In this document: positions 62,085-64,000 of the stretch, piece by piece | How the letters are laid out: every line of letters starts with the position of its first letter | Numbering within the stretch: the first letter of the stretch is position 1 | NCBI RefSeq assembly: GCF_963921235.1 | Contig: NC_086097.1 | Coordinates: 65,164,001 to 65,228,000, forward strand | DNA: 64,000 nt | Direction: 5' to 3' | DNA from: Mobula hypostoma | Lineage: Eukaryota | The notes under the pieces: model-generated | Told to the model about the DNA's origin: nothing | Database searches by the model: none | Seen by the model: only the letters and a program-made list of their open reading frames with translations | Program-made: the position numbers and the translations under genes

Positions 62085-63649
62085 CTCCCACTTCCTCCAA
62101 ACTAAAGGTGTAGCTATGGGTACCGTATGGGTCAAAGCTATGCCTGCCTTTTTGTTGGCTTGTGGAACAATCCATGTTCCAGACCTCTGCTGGTATCTGT
62201 CCCCCACTTTTCTTTTCCTTCACTACATTGACGACTGCATTGACGCTGCTTCCTGCACGCATGCTGAGCTCGTTGACTTCAGTAACCTTGCCTCCAACTT
62301 TCACCCTGCCCTCAAGTTTACCTGGTCCATTTCTGACACCTCCCTCCCCTTTCTAGATCTTTCAGTCTCTATCTCTAGAGACAGCTTATCTACTGATGTC
62401 TACTATAAGCCTACGGACTCTCACAGCTATCTGGACTATTCCTCTTCTCACCCTGTCTCTTGCAAAAATGCCATCACCTTCTCGCAATTCCTCCATCTCC
62501 ACCACATCTGCTCTCAGGATGAGGCTTTTCATTCCAGGACGAAGGAGATGTCCTCCTTTTTTTTTAAAGAAAGGGGCTTCCCTTCCTCCACCATCAACTC
62601 TGCTCTCAAACGCATCTCTCCCATTTCACGCACATCTGCTCTCACCTCATCCTCCTGCAACCCCACTAGGAATAGGGCTCCCCTTGTCCTCACCTACCAC
62701 CCCACCAGCCTCCAAGGTCCAACATATAATTCTCCATAACTTCTGTGACCTCCAACGGGATCCCACCACTAAGCATATCTTCCTCTTCCCCACCTCTGCT
62801 TTCCGCAGGGATCACTCCCTACACAACTCCCTTGTCCATTCGTCCCTCCCATCCGTCCCCACCGATCTCCCTCCCGGCACTTATCCTTGTAAGCTGAACA
62901 AGTGCTACACATGCCCTTACACTTCCTCCCTCACTACCACTCAGGGCCCCAGATAGTCCTTCTAGGTGAGGCAACACTTCACCTGTGAGTTGGCTAGGGT
63001 GATATACTGCGTCTGGTGCTCCCGATGCGGCCTTCTATATATTGACAAGACCAGACGCAGACTGGGAGACCATTTCGCTGAACACCTACGCTCTGTCTGC
63101 CAGAGAAAGCAGGATCTCCCAGTGGCCACACATTTTAATTCCACATCCCATTCCCATTCTGATATGTCTGTCCACAGCCTCCTCTACTGTAAAGATGAAG
63201 CCACACTCAGGTTGGAGGAACAACACCTTATATTCCGTCTGGGTAGCCTCCAACCTGATGGCATGAACACTGACTTCTCTAACTTCCGTTAATGCCCCAC
63301 CTCCCCCTCATACCCCATCCGTTATTGCCCATCCTCTGGGCTTCCCCCCTCCCTCTTTCTTTCTCCTAGGCCTCCCGTCCCATGATCCTCTCATATCCCT
63401 TTTGCCGATCACCTGTCCAGCTCTTGGCTTCATCCCTCCCCGCACCCCCCCGTCTTCTCCTATCATTTTGGATCTCCCCCTCCCCCTTTCAAATCTCTTA
63501 CTAGCTCTTCTTTCAGTTAGTCCTGACGAAGGGTCTCGGCCCGAAAGGTCGACTGTATCTCTTCCTAGAGATGCTGCCTGGCCTGCTGCATTCACCAGCA
63601 ACTTTTATGTGTGTTGCTTGAAATTCCAGCATCTGCAGATTTCCTCGTG
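62085..63649 (+). mobile_element. Penelope-like retroelement 3' part: RT C-terminus, GIY-YIG endonuclease, terminal repeat
   Basis: QTKGVAMG, YIDDCI, LPFLDLSV, YYKPTDSHSYL; VIYCVWCSRCGLLYIDKTRRRLGDHFAEH (GIY-YIG); frameshifts and stops present. Confidence 0.93.
63518..63555 (+). ncRNA. Hammerhead ribozyme motif with altered stem III
   Basis: TAGTC-CTGACGA-AGGGTCTCGGCCC-GAA-AGGT-C-GACTG; ACGT is changed to AGGT at 63547. Confidence 0.6.
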
Positions 63650-64000
63650 AAAAGCTCTAACTGCTGTGTTTGGCCTCGATATGTCACATTTATCTTCAGT
63701 TTGCCTTAGGGAGACACTTTGTCACCTGTGTAGGTCTTTAGCATCACTGAAGTCTTCTCTAATGATAGCTGAGAAAACAGTTCGTTTTCGTTAGCCTCTG
63801 AAATTATAGGCAAAGCTGACCCTGTATCCAGCTCCATTTTCAGTTTTGCACCAGACACATCTATTGTGATCCATATGACTTTGTGATCTACTTCAGCAAT
63901 ACTATACAGTTCTAGGCATGACAGCTCGCCTTTGTCTTATTCTGTTTCACATTCGGTCAGTTCATGCATTTATTTAATTTGTGTTTGATACTTTACTCTC

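Noticed and set aside
1..64000. Prokaryotic systems (CRISPR arrays, operons, retrons, defence islands)
   Set aside because: No repeat-spacer arrays or gene-dense organisation; all RT and nuclease motifs belong to eukaryotic transposable elements.
46835..64000. Preceding slc25a21 exon (GLVEICLMHPLDVVKT-like)
   Set aside because: Not found by eye; probably beyond the window.

Overview
Vertebrate nuclear DNA, most likely a cartilaginous fish (HE1/V-SINE-like elements plus dense CR1, Rex/Babar and Penelope repeats suggest a ray or shark); nothing here is prokaryotic. The window appears to lie inside one large minus-strand gene, slc25a21 (mitochondrial 2-oxodicarboxylate carrier). Two short coding exons are recognisable: 46751-46834 (84 nt) and 13359-13425 (67 nt), joined in frame across a 33,325-nt intron. 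Much of the rest is transposable-element debris: CR1, Rex1/Babar, RTE and L1 LINEs, Penelope-like elements, a Gypsy integrase fragment, Tc1, hAT-like, Harbinger and Chapaev3-like DNA transposons, and tRNA-derived SINEs, often nested with visible target-site duplications. The most notable non-coding signal is a series of minimal hammerhead ribozyme motifs in Penelope terminal repeats, including a small palindromic insertion whose perfect 74-bp stem would sequester a ribozyme lying in the pre-mRNA sense. Other leads are repeat-poor blocks that may be pax9 enhancers and a candidate intronic terminal exon. Family calls come from recalled motifs, not database searches, and boundaries of decayed repeats are approximate.
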